A DNA stretch of 64,000 nt from the NCBI GenBank assembly GCA_964491605.1, contig CAZBGY010000006.1, forward strand, positions 3,869-67,868, in the 5' to 3' direction. This document shows, piece by piece, positions 46,661 to 56,409 of the stretch. Each line of letters opens with the position of its first letter. Position 1 is the stretch's first letter. The position numbers were made by a program, and so were the translations under genes. A model generated the notes under the pieces. That model did no database searches and was not told the DNA's origin. It saw nothing but the letters and a program-made list of their open reading frames with translations. The stretch comes from an uncultured Candidatus Bathyarchaeia archaeon. Its GTDB lineage: Archaea > Thermoproteota > CALKCG01 > B24 > DRYS01.

Positions 46661-47917
46661 ATGAATATAGCTGAGAAAATCCTTGCTAGGGCTTCGAGTA
46701 GAAGCTTCGTCGAACCTGGAGAGATAGTTGACGCGAAGGTCGATAGGGTTATGTTCCACGATCTAACGGGGCCTATGACACTTAAGGCGTTCGAGGAGAT
46801 GGGTGGTGGGCTCGTATGGGATCCAGATCGTATAGTCGTGATCTTCGATCATATAGTACCTGCTAGTAGCATAGCTTCTGCAGAGAATCATGCTAAGCTT
46901 AGAAGATTTGTAGAGAATCAGAGGATAAGATGGTTTTACGATGTTGGTCGTGGAGGTATATGCCACCAGGTTATGGTGGAGAAAGGTCATGTATGTCCAG
47001 GTGAGCTTATAATCGGTGCTGATTCGCATACATGTATGTACGGAGCTCTCGGCGCGTTCGCTACAGGTGTCGGTGCTACCGATATGGCCGCTATATTGCT
47101 TACAGGTAGGATATGGCTTAGAGTACCTGAAGCTATTATGGTGAAGTATACTGGAAGTATGCCGGATTATCTATCGGGTAAAGATCTCGTACTCTATACA
47201 ATCGGTAAGATCGGTGCTGACGGTGCAAACTATAAAGCTGTGATATACTCCGGTAGTGTTATAGAGAATCTCTCGATGGATGATAGGCTTACAATGTCCA
47301 ATATGGCTGTAGAGATGGGTGCTAAAACCGGTATAGTGGAACCGGATGAAAAGACTCTCTCCTACCTGAAGGGTAGGGTCGATAGGAATTTCTCTATCGT
47401 GAGAAGTGATGGAGGCGCTGAATATAGCGAAGAATACGAGTTCGACGTATCTGGTATGGAGCCTCAAGTAGCATGTCCATATAGGGTTGATAACGTTAAA
47501 CCAGTATCAGAAGTTGAAGGTATCCCTGTAGATCAAGCTTTTATAGGTTCATGTACTAACGGTAGGCTTTCAGATCTACGGGTAGCGGCGAAGATACTAA
47601 AGGGGCGTAAGGTTAGTAGAGGTACGAGGCTTATAGTTATACCGGCATCTCAAGACGTTTACCGTGAAGCTTTAAGGGAGGGTTTGATAGAGGTGCTACT
47701 GGAATCTGGAGCTATGATCTGTAATCCTACATGCGGTCCATGTATAGGCGTACATTTAGGCGTGCTATCTTCAGGTGAGACATGCATAGCTTCGATCAAT
47801 AGGAATTTCATAGGACGTATGGGTAGCCGTGAATCTAAGGTTTACTTAGCATCTCCGGCGACCGTCGCTGCTTCAGCCGTCGAGGGTAGGATTGCAGATC
47901 CTAGGAGATACCTTTAG
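46661..47917 (+). CDS. leuC: 3-isopropylmalate / homoaconitate dehydratase large subunit
   Basis: MNIAEKILARAS... aconitase-family domain, 419 aa, with Cys ligands. The ORF track begins at an upstream GTG, 46640. Confidence 0.9.
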   Translation: MNIAEKILARASSRSFVEPGEIVDAKVDRVMFHDLTGPMTLKAFEEMGGGLVWDPDRIVVIFDHIVPASSIASAENHAKLRRFVENQRIRWFYDVGRGGICHQVMVEKGHVCPGELIIGADSHTCMYGALGAFATGVGATDMAAILLTGRIWLRVPEAIMVKYTGSMPDYLSGKDLVLYTIGKIGADGANYKAVIYSGSVIENLSMDDRLTMSNMAVEMGAKTGIVEPDEKTLSYLKGRVDRNFSIVRSDGGAEYSEEYEFDVSGMEPQVACPYRVDNVKPVSEVEGIPVDQAFIGSCTNGRLSDLRVAAKILKGRKVSRGTRLIVIPASQDVYREALREGLIEVLLESGAMICNPTCGPCIGVHLGVLSSGETCIASINRNFIGRMGSRESKVYLASPATVAASAVEGRIADPRRYL

Positions 47918-47929
47918 GAGGATTGCGCT

Positions 47930-48424
47930 ATGAAGATGGAAGGTATAGTTGTTAAGGTTGGCGACCATATAGATACAGATGTGATAATACCTGGAAGATA
48001 TCTCGGTATAACGGATCCAGCAGAACTTGGGAAACATGCGTTAGAAGGTTTGGATCCAAGCTTTCCAGCTAAACTTAAACCTGGTGTCATCCTCGTAGCG
48101 GGTAGGAATTTCGGATGCGGTTCTAGTAGGGAGGAAGCACCAGTAGCTCTGAAAGCCGCTGGGGTTAGATGCATAGTAGCTAAATCTTTCGCTAGGATAT
48201 TCTATAGGAATGCTATAAACGTAGGTTTACCCATAGTAGAGTGTAGCGATATTCAAAGTTACGTGAAAGATGGAGATAAGATATCGATAGATTTATCTTC
48301 AGGTACAATAGAAGTTGCAGGTGTAGAGTTCAAATTCAAACCTTTACCAGACTTCATCCTTAGAATTCTCGAAGCTGGTGGTTTAACGAATTATATACGT
48401 AGGCTTAGGGGGCTCCCCTATTGA
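47930..48424 (+). CDS. leuD: 3-isopropylmalate / homoaconitate dehydratase small subunit
   Basis: 164 aa. GDHIDTDVIIPGRYL is the aconitase swivel domain. Confidence 0.9.
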   Translation: MKMEGIVVKVGDHIDTDVIIPGRYLGITDPAELGKHALEGLDPSFPAKLKPGVILVAGRNFGCGSSREEAPVALKAAGVRCIVAKSFARIFYRNAINVGLPIVECSDIQSYVKDGDKISIDLSSGTIEVAGVEFKFKPLPDFILRILEAGGLTNYIRRLRGLPY

Positions 48425-49461
48425 AGTTTAAGGTAGCATTGATTCCTGGAGATGGTATAGGTCCTGAGCAGATAAACGCATCTAGAAGTATACTTCGCAT
48501 TCTACCAGAGCTATACGGTTTTGATGTAGAGTATTTAGAGGTCGAAGCAGGTGATGGATGTAAAGCTAAGAGGGGTGTGGCTCTACCCGATGAAACTTTA
48601 GATGTGTTGAAAGAGTCCCATGCATGCCTTAAAGGTCCTGTAGGTGAAACAGCGGCTGAAGTTATAGTGCGTATAAGGCAGATGTTCGATCTCTACGCTA
48701 ATGTGAGACCTATAAAATCTTACCCTACCCCGATACCTCCGCTTAAAGGAGATGTGGATTTCGTAATAGTAAGAGAGAATACTGAAGATGTGTATAGAGG
48801 GCTTGAATTTAAGCCTACGCCTGACATAGCAGTATGCTTCAGGATCATATCGAGAAAGGCTTGTGAAAGGATCGTTAAATACGGTTTCAACCTAGCTAGG
48901 AGGAGGCGGAAGAAAGTTACGGTAGTGCATAAATCTAACGTTATGAAAATCTCCGATGGCTTATTCGCAGAAGTTTCTAGAAGCATCGCTAGAGAATACC
49001 CGGATGTATCTTTCGAAGAGATGTATGTGGATGCAGCTGCATACCATATAGTAATGAATCCTAAGAGGTTCGATGTCCTAGTTACGACGAATATGTTTGG
49101 AGATATACTTTCAGATGAAGCAGCCGCTCTCACTGGAAGCCTAGGTTTGGCTCCCTCCGCTAATATAGGGGAAGCATTCGCTCTCTTCGAACCGGTACAT
49201 GGTTGTGCACCGGATATAGCTGGCAAGGGTATAGCTAACCCATGCAGCCTCATATTATCCGCATCGATGATGTTCATATGGCTTGGAGAAAGGTATGGCG
49301 TAGAGGAAGCTATGAAAGCTGGTACGGTTTTAGAGAAGGCGGTTATCCAAGCTTTAAATGAAGGTTTCGCTACCCCTGATATAGGTGGTCGGTACACTAC
49401 AGGCGAAGTAGCTGAAGCTATAGCTTCAAAGCTTAGAGGGGTGTGCGAGTTTGAATGTTAA
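48421..49461 (+). CDS. leuB: 3-isopropylmalate / homoisocitrate dehydrogenase
   Basis: ALIPGDGIGPE and the isocitrate/isopropylmalate dehydrogenase core. TTG start overlaps the leuD stop. Confidence 0.9.
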   Translation: MKFKVALIPGDGIGPEQINASRSILRILPELYGFDVEYLEVEAGDGCKAKRGVALPDETLDVLKESHACLKGPVGETAAEVIVRIRQMFDLYANVRPIKSYPTPIPPLKGDVDFVIVRENTEDVYRGLEFKPTPDIAVCFRIISRKACERIVKYGFNLARRRRKKVTVVHKSNVMKISDGLFAEVSRSIAREYPDVSFEEMYVDAAAYHIVMNPKRFDVLVTTNMFGDILSDEAAALTGSLGLAPSANIGEAFALFEPVHGCAPDIAGKGIANPCSLILSASMMFIWLGERYGVEEAMKAGTVLEKAVIQALNEGFATPDIGGRYTTGEVAEAIASKLRGVCEFEC

Positions 49462-50959
49462 CCCTAGAATACTCATATTCGATACGACGCTTAGGGATGG
49501 AGAGCAGACGCCAGGCGTAGCTTTAACACCGGATGATAAGCTTGTTATAGCTAGGCAGCTTGATAGGCTTGGCGTAGATATAATAGAAGCCGGCTTCCCG
49601 ATAACATCTAAAGGCGAAGCTGAAGCTATCCGGCGTATAGTATCTGAAGGTCTATCCGCTAAGATTTGTGCTCTGGCTAGATGTACTAAAGCCGATATAG
49701 ATTCTGTGATAGATTGCGGTGTAGATTACATACATCTATTCATAGCTACATCGGATCTCCATTTGAAGTATAAGCTTAAGCTTACTAGGGAAGAAGCACT
49801 AGGTAGAGCTATCGAAGCTATAGATTACGCTAAATCGCATGGATTGTACATCGAATTTTCAGCCGAGGATGCTACTAGAACAGATCTAGATTACCTGGTA
49901 TCATTCTATAAAAGTGTTGTCGAGGCTGGAGTAGATAAAGTGAATATACCTGATACTGTCGGTACAGCCACACCTAGCAGTATAGCTCGTATAGTATCTA
50001 GTGTCGGTAAGGTTGTCGGTAATACGCCTATAAGCGTTCATTGTCATGATGATTTCGGTTTAGCCGTCGCTAATAGTATCGCAGCTGTGGAGGCTGGTGC
50101 TAGGCAGGTTCATGCAACGGTGAACGGTCTAGGTGAGAGAGCTGGAAACGCAGCACTAGAAGAAATAGCAGTAACACTAAAAATACTATACGGATACGAG
50201 GTAAAGCTGAATCTAGCTAAGATATACGAGGTATCCCAGCTTGTATCAAGGATTACCGGTGTATCGATACCTCCGAATAAAGCTATAGTAGGGGATAACG
50301 CCTTCACACATGAATCAGGTATACATACGCATGGCATACTTAAGAATCCGTTAACCTATGAGCCTATACCCCCAGAGATTGTAGGTAGGCGTAGGAGGCT
50401 TGTAGCCGGTAAGCATGCAGGTAGACATGGGATTATGGAGATGTTGGAGGAGATGGGCGTTAAAGTCTCTGAGGATGAGCTTAAAGCTATCGTAGAGAAG
50501 GTTAAGGATTTAGGTGATAAGGGTAAGAAGATTACGGATGCGGATCTGCTAGCTATAGCTAGATCTGTAACAGGTAGAGTTAGATCTGAAGAGCGTCGTG
50601 TTAAGCTTATGGAGCTAGCTGTTATGACAGGATCTAAGGTTATACCAACAGCTTCTGTTAAGCTCGAAGTAGATGGCAAGATCTATGTAGCTGCTGAGAC
50701 AGGTGTAGGCCCTGTAGACGCAGCTTTAAAAACCATAGAAAAGATGCTATCCTCAACTGTGAAAGCTAGGTTGAAATCCTTTAGGCTTGAAGCGATAACC
50801 GGGGGGTCGGATGCGTTAGCAGAAGTTGTAATAACAGTCGAAGATGATAGAGGTAACACGGTATCGGCTAGAGCCGCTCATGAAGATATAGTTATGGCTA
50901 GCGTCGAAGCTATGATAGAAGGTATAAATAGGCTTATATCGATTAGGAGGGAAAGTTGA
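49451..50959 (+). CDS. leuA: 2-isopropylmalate synthase (with C-terminal regulatory domain) / homocitrate synthase family
   Basis: ILIFDTTLRDGEQTPGVALT is the HMGL-like barrel. The 502 aa length includes a C-terminal LeuA-type domain. Confidence 0.9.
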   Translation: MNVNPRILIFDTTLRDGEQTPGVALTPDDKLVIARQLDRLGVDIIEAGFPITSKGEAEAIRRIVSEGLSAKICALARCTKADIDSVIDCGVDYIHLFIATSDLHLKYKLKLTREEALGRAIEAIDYAKSHGLYIEFSAEDATRTDLDYLVSFYKSVVEAGVDKVNIPDTVGTATPSSIARIVSSVGKVVGNTPISVHCHDDFGLAVANSIAAVEAGARQVHATVNGLGERAGNAALEEIAVTLKILYGYEVKLNLAKIYEVSQLVSRITGVSIPPNKAIVGDNAFTHESGIHTHGILKNPLTYEPIPPEIVGRRRRLVAGKHAGRHGIMEMLEEMGVKVSEDELKAIVEKVKDLGDKGKKITDADLLAIARSVTGRVRSEERRVKLMELAVMTGSKVIPTASVKLEVDGKIYVAAETGVGPVDAALKTIEKMLSSTVKARLKSFRLEAITGGSDALAEVVITVEDDRGNTVSARAAHEDIVMASVEAMIEGINRLISIRRES

Positions 50960-50960
50960 G

Positions 50961-51614
50961 ATTATACAGCTAGCTCTCCTAGCTCTCAACTCGTTTCTAA
51001 TAGGTTTCTCAGGAGCTCTAGTTCCAGGCCCGCTATTCGCGGTTACAGTCTCAGAATCTATAAGGCTTAGAAGGAACGTAGGATTCCATATAGTTTTAGG
51101 TCATATAGCGGCTGAGATGACGTTGATAGTGATTATAGTTTTAGGTTTATCCTACCTGTTTAACAACGTTGAGGTTAGGATAGCTTTAGGTATAATCGGA
51201 GGAGGCTTCCTATTATTCACCGCTTACGGTCTTCTAGTATACCCTATAAAGCATATGGATCGGCAGGTTCAATTTAATCCTAAACAGAATTCTAGGAATC
51301 TACCTACGCTAGGATTCCTAACGAGCTTCTCTAACCCTTACTTCACCATATGGTGGGCCTCTATAGGTAGCCTACTGGTAACTGAGTCGTTAGCTATAGC
51401 AGGCTATGTAGGGTTAACTATCTTCCTTATATCGCATTGGTGTTCAGATCTCTCCTGGTATATACTCGTATCCTTCCTCTCATGCAAGAGTAGTCTAAAG
51501 TTCGGCTCCAAGCCTGTGAAGATCGCTATGTATATATGCGGTGTCCTCGTAGTCTCCCTTGCGGTATACTACATTACCGATGCTATCCTAACGTTAACAC
51601 GGATATTGGCTTAG
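50961..51614 (+). CDS. LysE/RhtB-family amino-acid exporter; N-terminus lacks a canonical start codon
   Basis: In-frame upstream of the ATG at 51117, the sequence encodes (I)IQLALLALNSFLIGFSGALVPGPLFAVTVSESIRLRRNVGFHIVLGHIAAE. This is the typical LysE-family first helix with a PGP motif. No ATG, GTG or TTG occurs between the in-frame stop at 50925-50927 and 51117. ATT and ATA at 50961 and 50964 lie 10-13 nt downstream of a GGAGG. Confidence 0.6.
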   Translation: MIQLALLALNSFLIGFSGALVPGPLFAVTVSESIRLRRNVGFHIVLGHIAAEMTLIVIIVLGLSYLFNNVEVRIALGIIGGGFLLFTAYGLLVYPIKHMDRQVQFNPKQNSRNLPTLGFLTSFSNPYFTIWWASIGSLLVTESLAIAGYVGLTIFLISHWCSDLSWYILVSFLSCKSSLKFGSKPVKIAMYICGVLVVSLAVYYITDAILTLTRILA

Positions 51615-53083
51615 AGAGGCTTCAACCCCATGCATTTAAGCCAAGGCTTAATAATTTCATCCCTCGCACCTAGTTCTGAAAGGAATCCGATAAACTTTCT
51701 ATAAATATCCATAGCTACATCTAAGTTTTCAGATAATACGTTCACATTCTGTCTAGGATCATTTTTAAGATCATAAAGTTCTGTATCTATCCTACCGAAT
51801 GGTTTTAATATCCTTGACTTTCCATCGACTATGAAGGTAACTTCAGCCTCCTCCGCACTTCTACTCTCCTCAGCTGCGAGTATGAGGGACCATCTATCAG
51901 TCGTTACGGTAATCCTAAGACCTGCACGTCCTCCTCTTATCAATGAGGGTGTGGATACAGCTATATCTCTAACTTTTGTTAAATCTCCTCTAACAATTGG
52001 TAGAAGGGATCTACCTTGTATATCTACACCGTATGGGCCTTCCCCGCATGCAAGCTCCAGTATGGTGGCGGTTATATCCGGAGTTTGAACGAGAGAATCT
52101 ATTTTCACATTGTTTACCAATCCTAGTTTATCTGAGAATCTTATTACTAATGGTATATGGGCTACTTCCTCGTAGAGTGGAGCTAAGCCATGATATCCGC
52201 CCATTATTATAGACTTCCCTATAAGACCATGCTCACCTAGGTAGAATCCGTGATCGCTCGTAAATATGATTGTAGTATTATCGAGTAATCCTAGTTCATC
52301 TACTTTTTCTAGTAGGAATCCTATCCATCTATCGACTAGCGTAGCTTCACCAGCGTACATAGCTCTTATATGAGTAAGCTCGTCGCTAGTTAAGTAATCG
52401 CACGGGCCATACGCAGGATATATAACCTCCTCCCCTTTATACCCGGGATCGTACATATCTACATACCATCTAGGTGGATCCCAAGGCTCATGTGGATCGA
52501 AGAAATCTACGTAGAGGAAAAATCTTCTATCATAATTTTCTTCAAGCCATCGTGCAGCCTCCATAGCCGTCTTAGCAGGTATCCAATCACTTTCATACCT
52601 TCTACCATAATTATTCCTGATATGCTGCACGGTAGTCTCTACGCTTCTCAGCTTCCATGGGCTGCATGGAAGCTTTATATCGATCGGGCTCGTTCTATAA
52701 CGATCGTTCTCTTGTCCTCTAATCCAAATCCACCCGTCGAATCCACGGTCGAAATTATATCCATCCTTAAGTATGTGCGGAGTATCTGCTATCATCATAC
52801 ACGTATAGCCAGCTTTCCTTAAGATCATAGGGAGGGTTATCCAATCCCTAGGTAGAGGTGACCAATCGAAATATGTAAACGTAAACCTGCCTGTAAGTAG
52901 ATCGGCTCTATTAGGCACCGTAGGAAAAGATGCGTGATAAGCTCTCGTAAACTCTATAGAATCCGAACAGAATCTCTCGATCCTATCCAGTCTAGCTTTT
53001 ACCCCATCCTTAACGTTAAATCTTCCATGAAGTAGATCATACCTAAACGTATCTGATACTATGAGTATTATGTTGTTTTGCAT
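51611..53083 (-). CDS. Sulfatase-family (alkaline phosphatase superfamily) protein with Thr at the formylglycine position
   Basis: IILIVSDTFRYD gives the metal ligands. ...AYHASFPTVPNRADLLTGR aligns to the sulfatase signature C-x-P-x-R-xxxLTGR with T in place of C/S. No signal peptide. 490 aa. Confidence 0.8.
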   Translation of the reverse strand: MQNNIILIVSDTFRYDLLHGRFNVKDGVKARLDRIERFCSDSIEFTRAYHASFPTVPNRADLLTGRFTFTYFDWSPLPRDWITLPMILRKAGYTCMMIADTPHILKDGYNFDRGFDGWIWIRGQENDRYRTSPIDIKLPCSPWKLRSVETTVQHIRNNYGRRYESDWIPAKTAMEAARWLEENYDRRFFLYVDFFDPHEPWDPPRWYVDMYDPGYKGEEVIYPAYGPCDYLTSDELTHIRAMYAGEATLVDRWIGFLLEKVDELGLLDNTTIIFTSDHGFYLGEHGLIGKSIIMGGYHGLAPLYEEVAHIPLVIRFSDKLGLVNNVKIDSLVQTPDITATILELACGEGPYGVDIQGRSLLPIVRGDLTKVRDIAVSTPSLIRGGRAGLRITVTTDRWSLILAAEESRSAEEAEVTFIVDGKSRILKPFGRIDTELYDLKNDPRQNVNVLSENLDVAMDIYRKFIGFLSELGARDEIIKPWLKCMGLKPL

Positions 53084-53124
53084 AGCTAAAGCATAGTTAA
53101 TTACAATTACTTTAATTTAAAGTT

Positions 53125-53913
53125 TTAAAGCATTTTCTCCCTATATAGCCTAGCTATATCCTCTACGATCCTCCTTATATCATCATAGCGACGTATCTCG
53201 CTTATGTAGCCGACTATCTTCCTTAACTCTCTATTGTTACGAATTTTCGAATATAGGTTCATTAACGATAGGATAATCGATACGTGTAAGATAGCTATGT
53301 TAAATTCATCTGTCGAGCGTGGAGACCAAAACATTCTTGATATTTTCTTAAGCTGATCTTCTACGCATCTCTCTACCCCTCCTAATCCTCCGTCCTCACT
53401 AGCTTCAACTAAGCTTGAGAGAAATCTATGTATATCCTCAGATAACGTATGCATCTCGCTCTCATCGTATTCTAACCTATCTAGGCATACGCCACATAAA
53501 CCTATCATGCACTCGAAAACCCTAGAACCGCATAACCTACATCTGGAAGCGAGTAGTATTATGCGGAATCCTCTTAATGCGTAGCTAGTAGCATCCTCTG
53601 GCACTCTAACACGCTGTATAGTTAACCCTCCATCATACGTAAAAGTTAAAGCTACATTTCCATCGTCTATCCTACCTACTCTAAGCTTAGGGCTACATAT
53701 AATCCTACTGATATCTAGTATCCGTATAAGTTTGCAGAGGATATCGAAATCTAGTTCGCCTAAACCCTTTACGGGTGGATACCTAACCATATATCCTTCA
53801 TCTGAGATGCATGGCTGTATCGAGATAGCTTTCCTATCGATAGATGATATGAGGAATTCAAGCTCGCTTAAATATCTACCGCTACATCCATCCTTAAGCT
53901 TCACGCATACCAT
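53125..53913 (-). CDS. Hypothetical protein with Zn-ribbon (CRLCGSRVFECMIGLCGVC)
   Basis: 262 aa. Contains a C-x2-C...C-x2-C cluster. No family recognised. Confidence 0.35.
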   Translation of the reverse strand: MVCVKLKDGCSGRYLSELEFLISSIDRKAISIQPCISDEGYMVRYPPVKGLGELDFDILCKLIRILDISRIICSPKLRVGRIDDGNVALTFTYDGGLTIQRVRVPEDATSYALRGFRIILLASRCRLCGSRVFECMIGLCGVCLDRLEYDESEMHTLSEDIHRFLSSLVEASEDGGLGGVERCVEDQLKKISRMFWSPRSTDEFNIAILHVSIILSLMNLYSKIRNNRELRKIVGYISEIRRYDDIRRIVEDIARLYREKML

Positions 53914-54040
53914 ATTCTCTCTAAATCACTCTCGATACCATATCCTAGATCTGCAGATTTAAAGTTTAAGTTTTAGGTAACCTATCATTTTAAGGCATAC
54001 TAGTCTTAGAGAATACCTGATATGGATCGGTGATATACGA

Positions 54041-54799
54041 TTGGCTATACGGGTTATAGATGCGCATTCTCATCTAGATGAGATAGCCGATGTACATGGA
54101 GCTATAGCTAAAGCTAGATCTTCAAATATCGTAGCGATAATAGCGGTAGGTACTTGCAAGGAATCTAATATTAAGGTAGCTAGGCTCTCTGAAATCTATA
54201 AGGACTACGTATATCACGCGATCGGCATACATCCATGGAATCTAGAATCGCTCGATCTAGAGGAAGAATTCGATTACTTAAGGTCAGCTTCACGTAACTG
54301 TATAGGCATCGGGGAGATAGGTTTAGATTATAGGATAAAGACTGATAGAAATCTTCAGAGGAAGGTGTTCAGCGAAGCACTTAGTATAGCCGAAAGCAGG
54401 AATCTTCCCGTCATTATCCATGCTAGAGCTGCATGGAGTGATGCATATAAGATGGTTAAAGATGTTGGAGTCGAGAAAGCTGTATTCCACTGGTTCAGCG
54501 GCTCGGATTCCGTTCTCAGAAAGATAGTTAGGGATGGATATTTGATCTCGGCTACACCTGCCGCCTCGTATAGTTTGACTCATATCAAAGCGATAAAGCT
54601 TACTCCGATCGAATATATAATCATTGAATCAGATTCACCCGTATCCTACCGTAACGTAGCATCAGATCCATCATGGGCTGTGAAGAGCTTGGAAGCGGTT
54701 GCAAAGATTAAAGGTGCTCGTATCGAAGATTTAGCTGATAAAGTTTTAGAGAATACATGTAGAATTTATAATATAAAGATTCATCGCAAAATATTTTGA
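54041..54799 (+). CDS. TatD-family metal-dependent hydrolase/DNase
   Basis: VIDAHSHLDE is the TatD HxH motif. 252 aa. TTG start. Confidence 0.85.
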   Translation: MAIRVIDAHSHLDEIADVHGAIAKARSSNIVAIIAVGTCKESNIKVARLSEIYKDYVYHAIGIHPWNLESLDLEEEFDYLRSASRNCIGIGEIGLDYRIKTDRNLQRKVFSEALSIAESRNLPVIIHARAAWSDAYKMVKDVGVEKAVFHWFSGSDSVLRKIVRDGYLISATPAASYSLTHIKAIKLTPIEYIIIESDSPVSYRNVASDPSWAVKSLEAVAKIKGARIEDLADKVLENTCRIYNIKIHRKIF

Positions 54800-54839
54800 A
54801 CTAATAGTATAGTTGATTTTGCCTAAGAGTTGAAGATCT

Positions 54840-55340
54840 ATGGGTTACACGAGGAAAATCGCCTTCATAGCGCTCGTATCATCCTTGTACGCTGTTCTAA
54901 CAATAATCCCTGGATATCTATCATTTGGACCTATACAGCTTAGGATATCCGATATGCTTATACCTTTATCAGCGATCTACGGCTACCCAGCTTGCATAGC
55001 CGTAACGATTGGATGCATAGTCGCTAACGCATTCTACTTCGTAAGCTGGATGGATGTCGTCATCGGGTCTATAGCGAATCTCATTGCATCCCTCCTTATA
55101 TACTATATGAAGAGGAATCTCCTATTAGCTACAATTGTATCAAGCTTCGTCATAGGCTTCACCGTGGGTAGTTATCTATGGCTATTCTTCCCACCGCTAG
55201 ACATAGGCATCCCTCTACACCCCTCCATCATGATAGGTATAAGCATATCTGCTAGTAGCTTACTAACAGTATCAGGTCTAGGATACATCCTCGTAAAAAC
55301 CCTAATGAGAACTCTACCCGAAAATCTGAAGAAGCTCTAG
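54840..55340 (+). CDS. Small polytopic membrane protein (ECF S-component/QueT-like?), hypothetical
   Basis: 166 aa with about 5 TM helices. The family assignment is tentative. Confidence 0.35.
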   Translation: MGYTRKIAFIALVSSLYAVLTIIPGYLSFGPIQLRISDMLIPLSAIYGYPACIAVTIGCIVANAFYFVSWMDVVIGSIANLIASLLIYYMKRNLLLATIVSSFVIGFTVGSYLWLFFPPLDIGIPLHPSIMIGISISASSLLTVSGLGYILVKTLMRTLPENLKKL

Positions 55341-55386
55341 TAAATACTGACTACAACAGCCTCAGCCCTTATTTAAGATTAAAACC

Positions 55387-56370
55387 CTAGATATCTATAC
55401 CTATCAAGCTTTTTAACTCTTCAAGCTTCCTTCTCCTCTCCTCTATGTACTTATCCGCCTCCCCTCTATATACGGGCTTACTCTTTTCCACCTCGTCTAT
55501 CATAGCTTCTGGGATCCTAGTTATAGCTTCAAAAACTCTTCCTGTAAAGTATCTTGTAGGAATCTTCCTCTTTCTCAATTCTTCATCTATAATCTCGCCG
55601 TTTAGCCGTACTAGATATTCTCCATGCGATGCATAGGTAAACCCCCAATCTGAACCGAAGCATGGTATATATTCTCTAGCTAAGATCGTATGCTTAAAGA
55701 CAGATCTTACAGTTGCAGCTATATTATAGAAATGTACTTGAAAGATGTATTTAGAGAATGTAGGCGACTCTGATTGGACAGATAATACTCCCTCACTCGA
55801 AAGCTTCGAAGATATGGTTTCAAAAGACTCGTAGGTATAGAGTCCAGCCGATATCAATGATACAGGATCCGTCAGATCCATTATAACTATATCGAATGGC
55901 TTCCCACTCCATTCTCCTATGAATCTACATGCATCCATGTATACCGGCTTAACTCTAGGATCATCGAATGCTCCCTGGGAGACCTCCCCTAGATATCTAC
56001 GGCATATATCTACAACCTTCCTATCTATATCTACTAGGTAGACTTCATCCACGCTGTCGTATTTCAGAACTTCTCTAAGAATCCCCCCATCTCCACCCCC
56101 AAGGATAGCGATCCTTCTAGGATTCGGATGAGCAAGCATAGCTGGATGTGTTAGCACCTCATGGTATATGTGCTCATCTAGGGTCGATAACTGAGGTTTC
56201 CCATCTAATATTAGCATCTTCCCGAATACTGGGTGTTCGTATACCTCTACAAACTGGTATTCCGTCCTCTCGATGCATAGTATCTTCGTGAAAGAGTATG
56301 CATGGATATAGTTGGGAGCTAACTGCTCTATGGATATTCTTCCTAGAACTAGGAAATCTTGAGTAAGCAT
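55387..56370 (-). CDS. speE: Polyamine aminopropyltransferase (spermidine synthase family)
   Basis: ILGGGDGGILREVLKY and DIVIMDLTDP are the SpeE motifs. 327 aa. Confidence 0.85.
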   Translation of the reverse strand: MLTQDFLVLGRISIEQLAPNYIHAYSFTKILCIERTEYQFVEVYEHPVFGKMLILDGKPQLSTLDEHIYHEVLTHPAMLAHPNPRRIAILGGGDGGILREVLKYDSVDEVYLVDIDRKVVDICRRYLGEVSQGAFDDPRVKPVYMDACRFIGEWSGKPFDIVIMDLTDPVSLISAGLYTYESFETISSKLSSEGVLSVQSESPTFSKYIFQVHFYNIAATVRSVFKHTILAREYIPCFGSDWGFTYASHGEYLVRLNGEIIDEELRKRKIPTRYFTGRVFEAITRIPEAMIDEVEKSKPVYRGEADKYIEERRRKLEELKSLIGIDI

Positions 56371-56409
56371 ATCTATAAAATTTCCGTTGATTAATATTTA
56401 AAACTTGAT

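Noticed and set aside
48720-49397. 225-aa ORF antisense to leuB, plus similar antisense ORFs inside GH3 (18512-18847, 19838-20122), Lhr (44106-44492) and the thermosome gene (62984-63370)
   Set aside because: All are embedded in strongly supported genes on the other strand and have low-complexity products. No independent support.
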